From Dehalococcoidia bacterium (GTDB lineage Bacteria; Chloroflexota; Dehalococcoidia; Lucifugimonadales; DAOUAM01), in contig DAOUAM010000054.1 in NCBI GenBank assembly GCA_034433305.1, positions 3,366-67,365 on the forward strand: 64,000 bases of DNA. Direction: 5' to 3'. Both the position numbers and the translations under genes were made by a program. The notes beneath the pieces are model-generated. The model did no database searches. It was not told the origin of the DNA and saw only the letters and a list, made by a program, of their open reading frames with translations. How positions within the stretch are numbered: the stretch's first letter is position 1; each line of letters begins with the position of its first letter. Positions 63,999-64,000 of the stretch are shown here, piece after piece.

Positions 63999-64000
63999 GC

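Overview
Visibly GC-rich, gene-dense bacterial chromosomal window with about 65 supportable CDSs. No rRNA, tRNA or CRISPR array was recognised. GGAGG-type Shine-Dalgarno sites, GTG/TTG starts and 4-nt start/stop overlaps are common. High GC also produces many long spurious antisense or alternative-frame ORFs in the six-frame track. All protein calls rest on motif recognition in the supplied translations; no database search was run. Gene content points to a Chloroflexota- or Actinomycetota-like lineage, by inference only (LLM and PPOX flavoenzymes, DUF5679, acVLRF1, choice-of-anchor L, a small exosortase, fused aroK-aroB). Housekeeping backbone: alaS-ruvX, aroE-aroK/aroB, tgt, hsp20-lon, manC, rpiB, endonuclease Q, several aminotransferases and SDRs, and a sugar-acid catabolic island at 40-46 kb. 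Most interesting loci: (1) At 32.3-35.5 kb, a compact operon encodes a 61-aa peptide whose leader matches the lasso-peptide RRE-recognition motif position for position. Its 8-residue core GFFGSFSP has no Asp/Glu. It is followed by an HPr-kinase-related kinase, a radical SAM/SPASM enzyme, a PqqD-type RRE and a GNAT, with a PF14907-like nucleotidyltransferase at 37.2 kb. No lasso cyclase or B2 protease is visible, so this is a candidate undescribed RiPP class. (2) At 59.8-64.0 kb, a ComQXPA-like quorum-sensing cassette on the minus strand: a 59-codon ORF ending MSMDWWI, a polyprenyl-synthase-like ComQ analogue, a 770-aa polytopic PDZ/HisKA_3 kinase and a NarL-type regulator. (3) At 49.1-51.8 kb, an operon with a membrane-anchored ParA/MinD-like ATPase (coiled coil, TM, IPT-like ectodomain), a Pro/Gly-rich micro-ORF and a frameshifted two-TM SLATT-like gene. 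(4) A threonine-synthase-like / NIL-domain / ThiS-like (C-terminal GG-Cys) trio suggesting protein-thiocarboxylate sulfur transfer. (5) An acVLRF1/Vms1-like peptidyl-tRNA hydrolase. (6) A three-copy double-hairpin MITE-like intergenic repeat.
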